A stretch of DNA of 63,586 bases from Thermomicrobiales bacterium (GCA_038246475.1 JBBRVX010000002.1:1-63586), one strand, 5' to 3'; shown: positions 54,610 through 63,586, numbered from the stretch's first letter. Notes: generated from the sequence alone by a model not told the origin. Translations and numbers: made by a program.

Positions 54610-54638
54610 TTGACGGATCGATCGCGCCAGTTTAGGCT
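54610..54638 (+). promoter_or_regulatory. Candidate promoter TTGACG-N17-TAGGCT for the sugar ABC operon
   Basis: -35 at 54610-54615 and -10 at 54633-54638, about 108 nt upstream of ATG 54747. Confidence 0.35.
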
Positions 54639-54746
54639 GGCGCCTCATCGGGGCGAAGTTGCCCTGTTCGCGCTGATGGCTTTCGGCGCAGAGGGTCTGG
54701 CAGCCCCGCCGCGCTGCAACCGCCACTCGAAAACGAGGAGAAGTTT

Positions 54747-56147
54747 ATGAGCGATCCCCGTGTCGATTCCCTCCTTGACGAAGCATTGCGATTACGACTT
54801 TCCCGCCGTTCCATCATGCGGCGCGCCGCAGCCTTGGGTCTGACCACGGCCGCCATCGGCGGCGTCCTCACGTCCACCGGGCGGGCCAGCGCGGCGCGAC
54901 GTGCCCCAGCGTTCATTCAGGAGCGCCAGCTCAACACATTGCAGGCGACCTACTTCGTCCCCGCCGGCCAGGAATTCTTCACCCAGATGGCCCAGGAGTG
55001 GGGGAGTCAGAATGGCGTGACGGTCACCACCGACTACATCGGCTGGCCGGACCTGCAACCGCGCATCGCGGCCGCGGTGGAAGGCGGGTCGGGCGCCGAC
55101 GTCATCGAGATGTGGGACACCTGGCCCTACCTCTACTACGAGAACATGGTCCCAATGGACGAGCAGGTCGGCGTTGTCAGCGATGCGTACGGCGGCCTCT
55201 ACGACTGGGTGGTCAAGACCGCCTCGGTCGACGGCAAGTGGTACAGCATCCCGCACGGCTCCTCCAGCTCCGCCTTCGCGTATCGCATCAGCCTTTTCGA
55301 GGAAGCCGGCATCGAAGACCCGAAGAATAACTTTCCGGAGACCTATGAAGATCTCTTCGCCCTTGGCAAGACGCTGAAGGAAATGGGCAAGCCGTTTGGT
55401 CAGGCGCTCGGGCAGAGCCTGGGCGATCCGCCGAGCTTCGCCTATCCCTTCATGTGGGCCTATGGCGCCATGGAGGTTGAAGAGGACGGCACGACGGTCG
55501 CCATCAATAAGCCGCAGTTCGTTGAGGCGCTGCAGGCGTTCACCCAGCATTGGAAGGACGCCTACGATGAGACCGGGCTCTCCTGGGACGACGGCGCCAA
55601 CAACCGGGCCTTCCTCTCTGACCAGATCTCCGGCACGCTCAATGGCAGCAGCGTCTACCTGGCCGCGGTGGCGGCGAAGGCAGGCGAATCAAAACTCGAC
55701 TACGAAGTTCAAGTTGACCCCGATGACATCTGGCACGCCGGGTATCCAACTGGCCCGGCCGGACGCTTCAATGTCCTCGGCAGCCGCTCCATGGCAGCCA
55801 TGAGCTATTCGCCAAACGCTGATGCGGCGGTCGAGCTGCTGGAGTACTTCTATACGCCAGAAGTCTTCATCCCCTGGCTGGAGGCGCAGGGCGGCTACAT
55901 CATCCCGATGGCGCCGGGCTATGCCGACCTGGAGATGTACACCGGCAATCCGAGTCTGGCGCCCTACCCGGCCGTATCCGACTACAGCCGCAACAAGGGC
56001 TTCGCCGGGCCGGCGAACCAGATGGCGGCAGAGTCTTCGGCGCGGTACGTCATTGTCAACACCTTCGCCCAGGCGATCCAGTCCGGTGATGCCGCGGGCG
56101 CGGTCTCACAGGCCGAGGCGCAACTCAAGCGCATTTACGGGAGCTAG
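54747..56147 (+). CDS. CUT1-type sugar ABC transporter substrate-binding protein, Tat signal
   Basis: LSRRSIMRRAAALGLTTAAIGGVL signal. 466-aa family-1 extracellular solute-binder pattern. Confidence 0.88.
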   Translation: MSDPRVDSLLDEALRLRLSRRSIMRRAAALGLTTAAIGGVLTSTGRASAARRAPAFIQERQLNTLQATYFVPAGQEFFTQMAQEWGSQNGVTVTTDYIGWPDLQPRIAAAVEGGSGADVIEMWDTWPYLYYENMVPMDEQVGVVSDAYGGLYDWVVKTASVDGKWYSIPHGSSSSAFAYRISLFEEAGIEDPKNNFPETYEDLFALGKTLKEMGKPFGQALGQSLGDPPSFAYPFMWAYGAMEVEEDGTTVAINKPQFVEALQAFTQHWKDAYDETGLSWDDGANNRAFLSDQISGTLNGSSVYLAAVAAKAGESKLDYEVQVDPDDIWHAGYPTGPAGRFNVLGSRSMAAMSYSPNADAAVELLEYFYTPEVFIPWLEAQGGYIIPMAPGYADLEMYTGNPSLAPYPAVSDYSRNKGFAGPANQMAAESSARYVIVNTFAQAIQSGDAAGAVSQAEAQLKRIYGS

Positions 56148-56255
56148 TTCCCTCACGCCAATTGGCCCTGACGCTCAGTCCGCTTGAGCGTCGGGGCCGA
56201 CCGGCGCGTTCGCCATCCTCCTATCGACTGAGGCGTCCGCGTCGCGGAGTACTCC

Positions 56256-57188
56256 ATGAGCGTCATCACTGCCGAACCCAGGAGAGAGCCGGAGGTCGTC
56301 GAGACCCCTCGCGGCAAGGCGCGCTTCTGGGATCGCGAGGCGCCGCTCGCCTATCTGTTCATGATTCCCGGCTTGCTCATTCTGCTTGTTTTCATGGCCT
56401 ATCCCTTCTTCCTGGGCATCTATCTCTCGATGACCGACAAGATGGTCGGCTTCGCCGATTTCAGCTTCGTCGGCCTGGAGAACTATCAGCTGCTGTTGAA
56501 CGACACGACCTTCCGACGCACGGTGGCCAATACGTTCATCTATAGCGTCGTCACCGTGCCAATCAAGCTCCTGCTCGGCCTTGGCTTGGCGCTGGTGCTC
56601 AACCAGACGTTCCACTTCAGCCGCTTCATTCGAGCAGGTCTGTTGCTGCCGTGGATCGTGCCGACGGCCATTAGCAGCCTGGCCTGGTTGATGCTCTTCG
56701 ATCCGATTCTCAGCCCCATTTCCTGGGTGCTGAAAGACTGGGGTCTAATCGCCAACAATATCAATTTTCTTGGTGATCGCTGGAACGCGATTGCGGCGGT
56801 CTGCCTGGCCAACGTCTGGCGCGGCTTGCCCTTCTTCGCCATTTCGATTCTGGCTGGATTGCAGGCGGTCGCTCCCGAGTTGCATGAGGCTGCGGCCCTC
56901 GACGGGGCCAGCGCCATTCAGCGCTTCTTCTCCGTCACGCTGCCCACCATCCGCACGGTGGTGCTGATCGCCACGCTCTTCTCGATCATCTTTACCTTTT
57001 CCGACTTTCAGCTCATCTATGTGCTGACAAAGGGTGGACCTGCCAATTCGACGCACGTGTTCGGAACGTTGGCTTGGCAAACGATGACGTATGGTCTCGG
57101 TCAGGCCGCCGCAACATCCCTGTCCATGTTTCCGTTCCTTGCACTTTTCGCCGCAATTCTGTTGCGCTACATTCGCGCGGACGACTAG
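56256..57188 (+). CDS. Sugar ABC transporter permease (MalF/UgpA-like)
   Basis: 6-TM BPD_transp_1 protein with EAA loop HEAAALDGASAIQRFFSVTLP. Confidence 0.88.
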   Translation: MSVITAEPRREPEVVETPRGKARFWDREAPLAYLFMIPGLLILLVFMAYPFFLGIYLSMTDKMVGFADFSFVGLENYQLLLNDTTFRRTVANTFIYSVVTVPIKLLLGLGLALVLNQTFHFSRFIRAGLLLPWIVPTAISSLAWLMLFDPILSPISWVLKDWGLIANNINFLGDRWNAIAAVCLANVWRGLPFFAISILAGLQAVAPELHEAAALDGASAIQRFFSVTLPTIRTVVLIATLFSIIFTFSDFQLIYVLTKGGPANSTHVFGTLAWQTMTYGLGQAAATSLSMFPFLALFAAILLRYIRADD

Positions 57189-57196
57189 GAGCAGAG

Positions 57197-58042
57197 ATGG
57201 TCGGCAGCAACGCGTTTGGCATGCGATTGTTGAAGCTTTGGATTCCGCTTCTGCTCTATGGCATATTCCTGCTCTTTCCCTTCGCCTGGATGCTGATTGT
57301 CTCCATCAAACCCGATCAACTTCTGCTCGATACGCGCATCAACCCGTTTGCCATCATCAGCCCCACACTGGAGAACTACCGGTTTCTCTTGCAAGAGACG
57401 CAATTCCCGCGCTGGATCTGGAACACGTTTGTCGTGACGATCGGCGCGACAGTTCTCTCCCTGTTCTGCAGCATTCTCATCGGCTACGCGCTGGGACGAT
57501 TTCGTTTCAGAGGCGGCAACACCCTTGGCATCAGCATCTTCATGCTCTACCTCGTTCCACCGGCGCTCTTGTTCATTCCCCTTTCCCAGATCGTCTCCCG
57601 CTTCGGGCTCTATAACAACTACTGGTCGCTGATCCTCGTTTATCCGACGTTTCTGATCCCTTTTGCTTCCTGGCTGCTCATGGGCTACTTCCGCACCATC
57701 TCGCGCGAGCTGGAGGACGCCGCGCTGGTCGATGGCGCGACTCGCATCCAGGCCATGATCCGCATCGTGCTGCCGTTGGCGATTCCCGGGATCCTCTCGG
57801 CCGGGATCTTCTGCTTCACCCTGGGCTGGAACGAGTTTTTGTACGCCCTCGTCTTCATGGGTTCGGGCGACATGAAAACGGCCCCGGTCGGTGTCGTCAG
57901 CGACCTTATCAGGGCCGATGTCTACTTCTGGGGATCGCTTATGGCGGCGGGCATCCTGGGGTCGGTGCCCGTGGCCGTTGCCTACGCCTTCCTGGTCGAC
58001 AACTATGTCTCGGGACTGACCGCCGGGGCGACGAAGGGGTAA
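57197..58042 (+). CDS. Sugar ABC transporter permease (MalG/UgpE-like)
   Basis: AGGAG lies 6 nt before ATG 57197. EAA loop LEDAALVDGATRIQAMIRIVLP. Confidence 0.88.
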   Translation: MVGSNAFGMRLLKLWIPLLLYGIFLLFPFAWMLIVSIKPDQLLLDTRINPFAIISPTLENYRFLLQETQFPRWIWNTFVVTIGATVLSLFCSILIGYALGRFRFRGGNTLGISIFMLYLVPPALLFIPLSQIVSRFGLYNNYWSLILVYPTFLIPFASWLLMGYFRTISRELEDAALVDGATRIQAMIRIVLPLAIPGILSAGIFCFTLGWNEFLYALVFMGSGDMKTAPVGVVSDLIRADVYFWGSLMAAGILGSVPVAVAYAFLVDNYVSGLTAGATKG

Positions 58043-58057
58043 GTTCAACGCATTTGC

Positions 58058-58597
58058 TCAGGTGAAGAGCCGCGCCAAATGCAATCGGAAGCCGGGCAGC
58101 ACGTCCTCACCGTCGAGCGTGTCCTGCTCCGAAAGAAGGGTTTGAGTCCCATCGAGACGTTGGACGCGCACGGTGTGCCGCGGGGGATCGACAATCCAGA
58201 TCAGGCGGACACCGGCCGCGAGATAGAGGGCGGTTTTTTCCTCTATCGAGGGGCCGCTTTGCGACGGGGATACAACCTCGACCACGAGGTCTGGAGCGAG
58301 CATCGGATATGCATCTTCGTCCACCGGAACGCGGTCGCGCTGGACGAACGATAGGTCAGGCCCAAGCAAGGTGTCGGGATCGCGTCCTAGGATAAAGCCA
58401 CTCTGATCGTAAATCACGCCGAGACGGTTCTCGACAACGAACCCGTACAAATGCCAACTGACCGCACTGACAACGCGTCCGTGTCTCGCCATCGGCGGTG
58501 GCATACGGTAAAGCACTCCCTTGATTAGCGCGTACCGGAATTCATCATCCGGTAGTCGCTCGACATCCTTTACGGTCCAGAGCTTGGTCGTTGTCAT
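58058..58597 (-). CDS. Uma2-family (DUF820) putative endonuclease
   Basis: Start at ATG 58597 (MTTTKLWTVKDVERLPDDEFRYALIKGVLYRMPPP...PDLVVEVVSPS...). Confidence 0.8.
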   Translation of the reverse strand: MTTTKLWTVKDVERLPDDEFRYALIKGVLYRMPPPMARHGRVVSAVSWHLYGFVVENRLGVIYDQSGFILGRDPDTLLGPDLSFVQRDRVPVDEDAYPMLAPDLVVEVVSPSQSGPSIEEKTALYLAAGVRLIWIVDPPRHTVRVQRLDGTQTLLSEQDTLDGEDVLPGFRLHLARLFT

Positions 58598-58637
58598 TGC
58601 GCGAAACCCTCGGATATCCTCGGAGAAGAGGCGCAGC

Positions 58638-59051
58638 TTACGGTTCGAGGCGACGCACTCCGGGTACGCGGTCGAGTCCCCGATCGTAGCTGTAGATCGA
58701 ACCCGTGGATGAACTTCGCCGCGCGTGCGCGACGCACAAGCAATCGACAAAGTGGAGGTTGGATTCACCGTACTGTGTCAACGCTTCCAGAATCGCGTCC
58801 TTGTGTTCCAGGCGTAAGCCATTTCCGGCGATGACCGCGCTTGGGTTCCTGGCAATCGTTCGTCGGGGCGTGCCGTACAAGCGATCAGAGGCAAACACGA
58901 AAATCGTTTCTGCGATCACCGCTTCACTGGTCGTCAACTCGCACTCGCCATTGTTGGCTCGCTGGAATAGCTCAAAGCTGCGATTCGCTTTTTCAGAATC
59001 GTCCTGCGTCAGCAAGCGCACGAAGATGTTTGTATCGGCAAACTCGCTCAC
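58638..59051 (-). CDS. vapC: PIN-domain toxin VapC
   Basis: GTG start overlaps the antitoxin stop (GTGA). (M)SEFADTNIFVRLL... has the acidic PIN residues, with ...YSYDRGLD near the C-terminus. Confidence 0.85.
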   Translation of the reverse strand: MSEFADTNIFVRLLTQDDSEKANRSFELFQRANNGECELTTSEAVIAETIFVFASDRLYGTPRRTIARNPSAVIAGNGLRLEHKDAILEALTQYGESNLHFVDCLCVAHARRSSSTGSIYSYDRGLDRVPGVRRLEP

Positions 59052-59308
59052 CAGGTTTCTTCAGCGTAACGCTGGGCGACATCGTCCTGAATGATCTCAT
59101 CCCACTCTTCCATTGGCACGTCGATCGCGGGAATCGAGCCTACCACCTCAACAAGCGAAGGGTACGCCTTCTTGAACCTGCCCTCTCCGTCTTCTATGAC
59201 GAATCTGATCTTGTCATGGGTCCTCAATCCCAGCTCATCCCGAATCTCCTTCGGGATTGTCACTTGGCCCTTGCTGGTCAGCGTCGTGATCTTTGCCATC
59301 TCGACCAT
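59048..59308 (-). CDS. vapB: AbrB/SpoVT-type antitoxin VapB
   Basis: GAGGTAAGG lies before ATG 59308. MVEMAKITTLTSKGQVTIPKEIRDELGL is a swapped-hairpin DNA-binding motif. Confidence 0.8.
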   Translation of the reverse strand: MVEMAKITTLTSKGQVTIPKEIRDELGLRTHDKIRFVIEDGEGRFKKAYPSLVEVVGSIPAIDVPMEEWDEIIQDDVAQRYAEETW

Positions 59309-59728
59309 CCTTACCTCTGAAGCCAGTAGTAATGATCGCAGTGGTATTCGTAGCGATAGCGTAATGCTTTTCTGGCTGTACCCCTTGTGACCCCTGCCAA
59401 AAGCGGTCACTGGCGCATCCTAAGCGGCAGGGTGGCACGAGATCATGTCCAGCCTGTTGAGGCGTCATCTGTCTACCAAAACCTGACCGGACTCGGCAAT
59501 CAGGGTGCCGCGCTGGCCGACGCGGTCCTGGCGCTGGTCAAGGCCAGTTCGCTAGGGCAGATGCTCGCGGTCCAAGGCGGAATGGCGCCGCGCTGGACCG
59601 TATCGGCTGCTATCTTGCCGTACGAGCGGTGCGAGCGAAGCGATCGCGCCGCGCGGATCATGATTCGATCGTTGGCGCGGCGATGACTGGAATCCCAGAC
59701 ATCGAGCGGTTTGTACAGGAGGACCTCG

Positions 59729-60805
59729 ATGGTCGCGAAGACAATGCAGGTTGTGCGGGCGCACGGCCCGCGCGATTACCGGATCGAAGAGATTGCCGTC
59801 CCAACACCGGGACCCGGCGAGGTGCTCATCGAGGTCGAAGCGTGCGGCATCTGCGCCTCCGATATGAAGTGCTGGCTGGGCGGCGAGCTCTTCTGGGGCG
59901 CCGATGGCAAGAGCGGCTACTGCGAGCCGCCCGCGGTCGCGGGGCATGAATACGCGGGGCATGTGGTGGCCCTGGGCGAGGGCGCGGCTGAGAAGCACGG
60001 TGTCGCTATCGACGATCGGGTCGTCGCCGAGCAGATCATTCCCTGTGGAGAATGCCGTTTCTGCCGCGATGGGAAGTACTGGATGTGCCAGGTGCATCCG
60101 ATCTTCGGCTTCAAGAACTTCCTTATCGGGGGGATGGCGAAGTATTCGCTCTATCCCGAAAAGTCGATCGTGCATACGGTCCCCGCATCGCTGACGCCTG
60201 GCGAAGCGGCCTACATCGAGCCGGCGGCCTGCGCCTGGCACGCGGTCGACCGCGGCGAAATCCGGGAAGGCGACACGGTGGTGATTGCCGGGGTCGGCAA
60301 TATCGGGCTGTGCATGCTGCAGATCGCGAAGATGCAGGGCGCCGGACAGCTCATTGCGCTCGACACCAAGCCCTACCGGCTGGCGCTGGCCGAGCAGTTC
60401 GGGGCCGACCTCGGCATCGACGTGACGGCCGAGGACGCCGTCGCACGGGTGCGCGCCCTGACAGGCGGCTACGGCTGCGACGTCTACATCGAGGCGAGCG
60501 GCAACCCGGCCTCGGTGGGACAGGGATTGGAAATGATCCGCAAGCTAGGCACCTTCGTGGAGTTCAGCGTCTTCAACGAGCCGGCCACCATCAACTGGAC
60601 GATCATCGGCGACACTAAAGAGCTGACCATCCATGGTAGCCACCTGGGGCCGTATTGCTACCCCAAGACAATTGCCGCCATCGCCAACGGCTCCCTCGAC
60701 GTGAAGCCGCTGGTGGCCGAGGCCTACCCACTGACCGCGTTCCACGACGCCATGCAGGCGTCGCTTAGTGGCGGCGTCATGAAGAACATCATTGTGCCCG
60801 TCTGA
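59729..60805 (+). CDS. Zn-dependent medium-chain alcohol/polyol dehydrogenase
   Basis: AGGAGG lies 7 nt before ATG 59729. GHEYAGHVVALG, structural-Zn CGECRFCRDGKYWMC, and Rossmann GVGNIGL. Confidence 0.88.
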   Translation: MVAKTMQVVRAHGPRDYRIEEIAVPTPGPGEVLIEVEACGICASDMKCWLGGELFWGADGKSGYCEPPAVAGHEYAGHVVALGEGAAEKHGVAIDDRVVAEQIIPCGECRFCRDGKYWMCQVHPIFGFKNFLIGGMAKYSLYPEKSIVHTVPASLTPGEAAYIEPAACAWHAVDRGEIREGDTVVIAGVGNIGLCMLQIAKMQGAGQLIALDTKPYRLALAEQFGADLGIDVTAEDAVARVRALTGGYGCDVYIEASGNPASVGQGLEMIRKLGTFVEFSVFNEPATINWTIIGDTKELTIHGSHLGPYCYPKTIAAIANGSLDVKPLVAEAYPLTAFHDAMQASLSGGVMKNIIVPV

Positions 60806-60806
60806 G

Positions 60807-61508
60807 ATGGCTGACACGCTACCGCTGCACCGGACGACATTTCTTTTCGACGTTGATAACACACTGATCGACAACGACCGGGCGAAGCATGACCTTTCGG
60901 CCGGCATCGGCGCCGTCCTCGGCGAAGGGGACGAACGACGCTTCTGGGAACTCTATGAGGAGATACGGCGCGAGCGAGGGCTCGTCAACATTCCCCTGAT
61001 CCTCGCGGAATATGGAAACGAGCTTGACCGGGACGCTGCCCTTACCGCTACGGAGCGGCGACGCAGGCGCTTTGCGTTGGCGGAGATTGTGATGGGATTC
61101 CCCTACCAGCGATATCTCTATCCCGGAGCGCTGGATGCTCTGCGTGAAGCGCGCAGACTTGGTCCTGTTGCTGTCCTTTCGGAAGGAGACGCGACCTTTC
61201 AGCCGCACAAGATCTGGCGAGCCGGACTCGATTCTGAGGTTGATGGCAATATCCTCGTCTTTGACCGCAAGCTGGAACACCTTGACGAGTTGCTCGCGGC
61301 GTATCCCGCTGACCATTATGTGCTCGTTGAGGACAAACCCGAGATTTTGGCGAAGGTTAAGCAAACGCTGGGAACGCGGGTGACCACCGTGCTACTGCAA
61401 CAGGGCAAGTACGCTCTGACTCCCAGAGTTGATGGGCCGGAGCCAGACCTGATTTTTGAGAGCATCGCCGCGTTCGCCGAGAGCGATCTCTCCACCCTGG
61501 GCGGCTAG
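60807..61508 (+). CDS. HAD-superfamily hydrolase
   Basis: Motif I FLFDVDNTL. ATG is 1 nt after the ADH stop. Confidence 0.78.
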   Translation: MADTLPLHRTTFLFDVDNTLIDNDRAKHDLSAGIGAVLGEGDERRFWELYEEIRRERGLVNIPLILAEYGNELDRDAALTATERRRRRFALAEIVMGFPYQRYLYPGALDALREARRLGPVAVLSEGDATFQPHKIWRAGLDSEVDGNILVFDRKLEHLDELLAAYPADHYVLVEDKPEILAKVKQTLGTRVTTVLLQQGKYALTPRVDGPEPDLIFESIAAFAESDLSTLGG

Positions 61509-61528
61509 CCAGAACCTGAGAGTGGAGC

Positions 61529-63043
61529 TTGACCATGAATGATCCGCGGAGACCAGTCCTTGCCCATGTGATCGAGAGCCTAGCGTCGCGCCGCGACGCT
61601 TTTGCGGCAATCATGGCGGGAGGCTCTGCTGCTTCACTCGCTGTCCTGGGGAATCGCGAGAGCGAGGCAAAGAAGAGACGCAAGAAGAAGACGTGCAAGG
61701 CGCCGAAGAGAAAATGCGGGCAGAAGTGCGTCAGTCTCGTGAGCAGCAAGCATTGTGGGGGCTGTAGCACGCGCTGCACCCAAGGCACATCGTGTCTGGA
61801 GGGGGTGTGTTGTGCTGGCGGCTCGGTCAACTGCCGCGGGAATTGTCGCGTCGACTGCCCACCTCCCGTGGCAAATCGACCATTCCCTCAGCGGCTGACA
61901 TACGGAGCCAGCAAACCCAACCTCTGGACGCAGGACCAGCTCGACAACCATGTACGCGCCGCGTATGCCAGTTGGAAATCGCGGTACCTCATTGAAGCCG
62001 GGCGCGATGGCAATGGCAATCGCCTATGCCGGGTAGCGCTCGGCAAACCGGGGAGCGACGGGCACAAGGCCACGGTTTCCGAAGGTCAAGGCTACGGCAT
62101 GGTCATCGTGGCCACCATGGCGGGGCATGACCCCGAGGCGCAGGAGGTTTTCGACGGGCTCTGGCGCTTTTCGCGCGCCCATCCGAGCGTCGTCGACAGT
62201 CGGCTGATGGACTGGAATGTACCTGGCAAGGATGGCAACGACAGCGCCTTCGACGGCGACTGCGATATGGCCTACGGCCTGCTCCTCGCCACGGCCCAAT
62301 TCGGAAGCGGGGGCTCGTTTGACTATAGAGCCGAACTCGATCGCACGCTCGCTGGCATCCTGGCCTCGACGATCGGGCCAGCCAGCCGACTCCCCATGCT
62401 GGGCGACTGGGTGGACGCAAACGGGGGCGCCTACAATCAATACACCCCGCGCACGTCTGATTTTATGCCCGGACACTTCCGTGCCTTCGGCCGCGCCACC
62501 GGAAATGGTGTCTGGGCGAGTGCGCTTGCCGCCTGCCAGGATGTAGTGACGATGCTCCAAACGAATTTCAGCGCGACGACCGGATTGCTCCCCGACTTTG
62601 TGCAGCCGCAATCGCCAGGCAATCCCGCGCCTCGCCCGGCTTCACCAAATTTCCTCGAAGGCGCCCATGACGGCGACTACAGCTACAACGCGGGTCGCGA
62701 TCCGTGGCGGCTGGGAACCGATGCACTTATCAATGGCGATCTCACATCCGGTGTGCAAGCGCGCAAGATCAGCGATTGGGCGAAAGCCGCTACCGCCGGA
62801 AATCCGAACGGATTCCGCTCCGGCTACCGTCTCGATGGAAGCACGTGGAACGATACGAACTACTTCACCACGTTTTTCGTGGCGCCGTTAGGTGTCGCCG
62901 CGATGACGGATGCCAGGTCCCAGAACTGGGTCAACGCCATCTATGGAGCGGTGTTCGAGAAGCGCGAGGATTACTTTGAGGACAGCGTCACACTCCTTTG
63001 CTTGTTGGTGATGACCGGGAATTTCTGGGATCCAACGCGGTGA
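61529..63043 (+). CDS. GH8-like glycoside hydrolase with an N-terminal Tat signal, polybasic and Cys-rich module
   Basis: ASRRDAFAAIMAGG...ESEAKKRRKKKTCKAPKRKCGQKC... (12 Cys within aa 55-110). The catalytic domain then has VSEGQGYGMVIVA and AFDGDCDMAYGLLLATAQF (GH8 signature-like). Confidence 0.8.
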   Translation: MTMNDPRRPVLAHVIESLASRRDAFAAIMAGGSAASLAVLGNRESEAKKRRKKKTCKAPKRKCGQKCVSLVSSKHCGGCSTRCTQGTSCLEGVCCAGGSVNCRGNCRVDCPPPVANRPFPQRLTYGASKPNLWTQDQLDNHVRAAYASWKSRYLIEAGRDGNGNRLCRVALGKPGSDGHKATVSEGQGYGMVIVATMAGHDPEAQEVFDGLWRFSRAHPSVVDSRLMDWNVPGKDGNDSAFDGDCDMAYGLLLATAQFGSGGSFDYRAELDRTLAGILASTIGPASRLPMLGDWVDANGGAYNQYTPRTSDFMPGHFRAFGRATGNGVWASALAACQDVVTMLQTNFSATTGLLPDFVQPQSPGNPAPRPASPNFLEGAHDGDYSYNAGRDPWRLGTDALINGDLTSGVQARKISDWAKAATAGNPNGFRSGYRLDGSTWNDTNYFTTFFVAPLGVAAMTDARSQNWVNAIYGAVFEKREDYFEDSVTLLCLLVMTGNFWDPTR

Positions 63044-63447
63044 TCTGAAGGGTAAAATCCGGGAAACTCACGGAGATTTAGAAGGGCGAACCCGGCAACG
63101 CCAAGGGGGAAACAGGTATGGAAGCCCTGTTTGCGTGACAGATGACCATCCGAACAGCCAACTCGCCTATTCCTCCGATCGTCCGTTTGCCCACGCGTAA
63201 CGCGGTCCTCTCCGCCCTATCGGCCTTTTCGGCCGGCGGTCCTCATCATCGTCGGGCGCCTCGTTCGCCAGGCACGGACTCGCTCTCGTTGGGAGACCCG
63301 GCTTTGCCGCCGACCATGATCCCAATCCTTAATTGGCGCAGCCTCTAACATCGCTATAAGCGATCGAGTGAGTTGGGTTGCGGGTTGTCCTGACGCCGGC
63401 GTCCTGGAGCCTTGGTGACTTGTGTCAACATCACATGTCAACGACCC

Positions 63448-63476
63448 TTGACAGGGGACGGGGGGTGGGGTAGGCT
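63448..63476 (+). promoter_or_regulatory. Candidate promoter TTGACA-N17-TAGGCT pointing off the right edge
   Basis: -35 at 63448-63453 and -10 at 63471-63476, preceded by TGTCAAC repeats (63422-63442). The target gene lies outside the window. Confidence 0.3.
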
Positions 63477-63586
63477 CTGCGGGCTTCGCGAGGGGCGGCA
63501 CGTTGACAAGCTGGCAGACGTGGACGGAGGGCCTGGCGCTTTGAGAGGGCGTGGGGGGTTTCGTCGTCTGTCGAAGACGGAGCGAG

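Noticed and set aside
57185-58048. 287-aa minus-strand ORF
   Set aside because: Antisense to the MalG-like permease. It is hydrophilic, D/E/R/Q-rich and has no motif.
63142-63501. 68-aa (+) and 94-aa (-) ORFs near the right edge; also the idea that tandem TTGACA boxes mark an rRNA operon promoter
   Set aside because: The ORFs have no SD, motifs or coding bias. The rRNA-promoter idea cannot be supported because the downstream gene is outside the window and only one of the two TTGACA boxes has a plausible -10.

Overview
GC-rich (strong third-codon-position GC bias), gene-dense chromosomal segment with about 60 protein-coding genes on both strands. By eye I found no rRNA, tRNA, CRISPR array, transposase or integrase. 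All product calls rest on motifs I read in the supplied translations; no database search was possible. Content from left to right: ribose-type sugar ABC transporter (left gene truncated by the window edge), Lon protease, two MFS transporters, an M50-like membrane metalloprotease, adenosine deaminase, a 4-gene Opu-type osmoprotectant ABC transporter, pyruvate kinase, a SufR-like regulator, two tandem PPOX-like paralogs, an arylamine N-acetyltransferase broken by an in-frame TGA, an FMN reductase, a WYL regulator, SoxR with a textbook SoxR-box promoter driving a deazaflavin (F420)-type reductase plus a VOC protein, an MTA/SAH-nucleosidase-like gene, a TauE/DUF1634 pair, a cobalamin riboswitch with a 4-gene operon, DinB, GH114, a 2-hydroxyacid dehydrogenase, an APH(6)-like kinase, a Cys-rich Tat-signal protein, a rhamnonate-dehydratase/aldolase/M20 operon, a GT39 protein mannosyltransferase preceded by two tiny Gly-Ser-repeat Tat-signal proteins, a NarL-type two-component system, an orphan Opp-type ATPase pair, a CUT1 sugar transporter, a Uma2 + VapBC islet, and an ADH/HAD/GH8 cluster. 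The Tat-signal style, F420-type enzymes and a GT39 Pmt-like gene suggest a Chloroflexota/Thermomicrobia-like or actinobacterial origin (inference only). Best candidate for an undescribed system: the B12-riboswitch operon at 29.6-34.4 kb. It appears to encode a two-polypeptide, transcobalamin-like extracytoplasmic pair (alpha/alpha-toroid protein plus DUF4430-like anchored protein) coupled to an ECF T/A-A energizing module with no S component. Second candidate: an oppositely charged pair of Gly-Ser-repeat secreted mini-proteins upstream of the mannosyltransferase. They share a 'Tat signal - polybasic KRRKKK - Cys' N-terminal module with two other proteins in the window. Most other long ORFs in the track are antisense or alternate-frame shadows typical of high-GC DNA.
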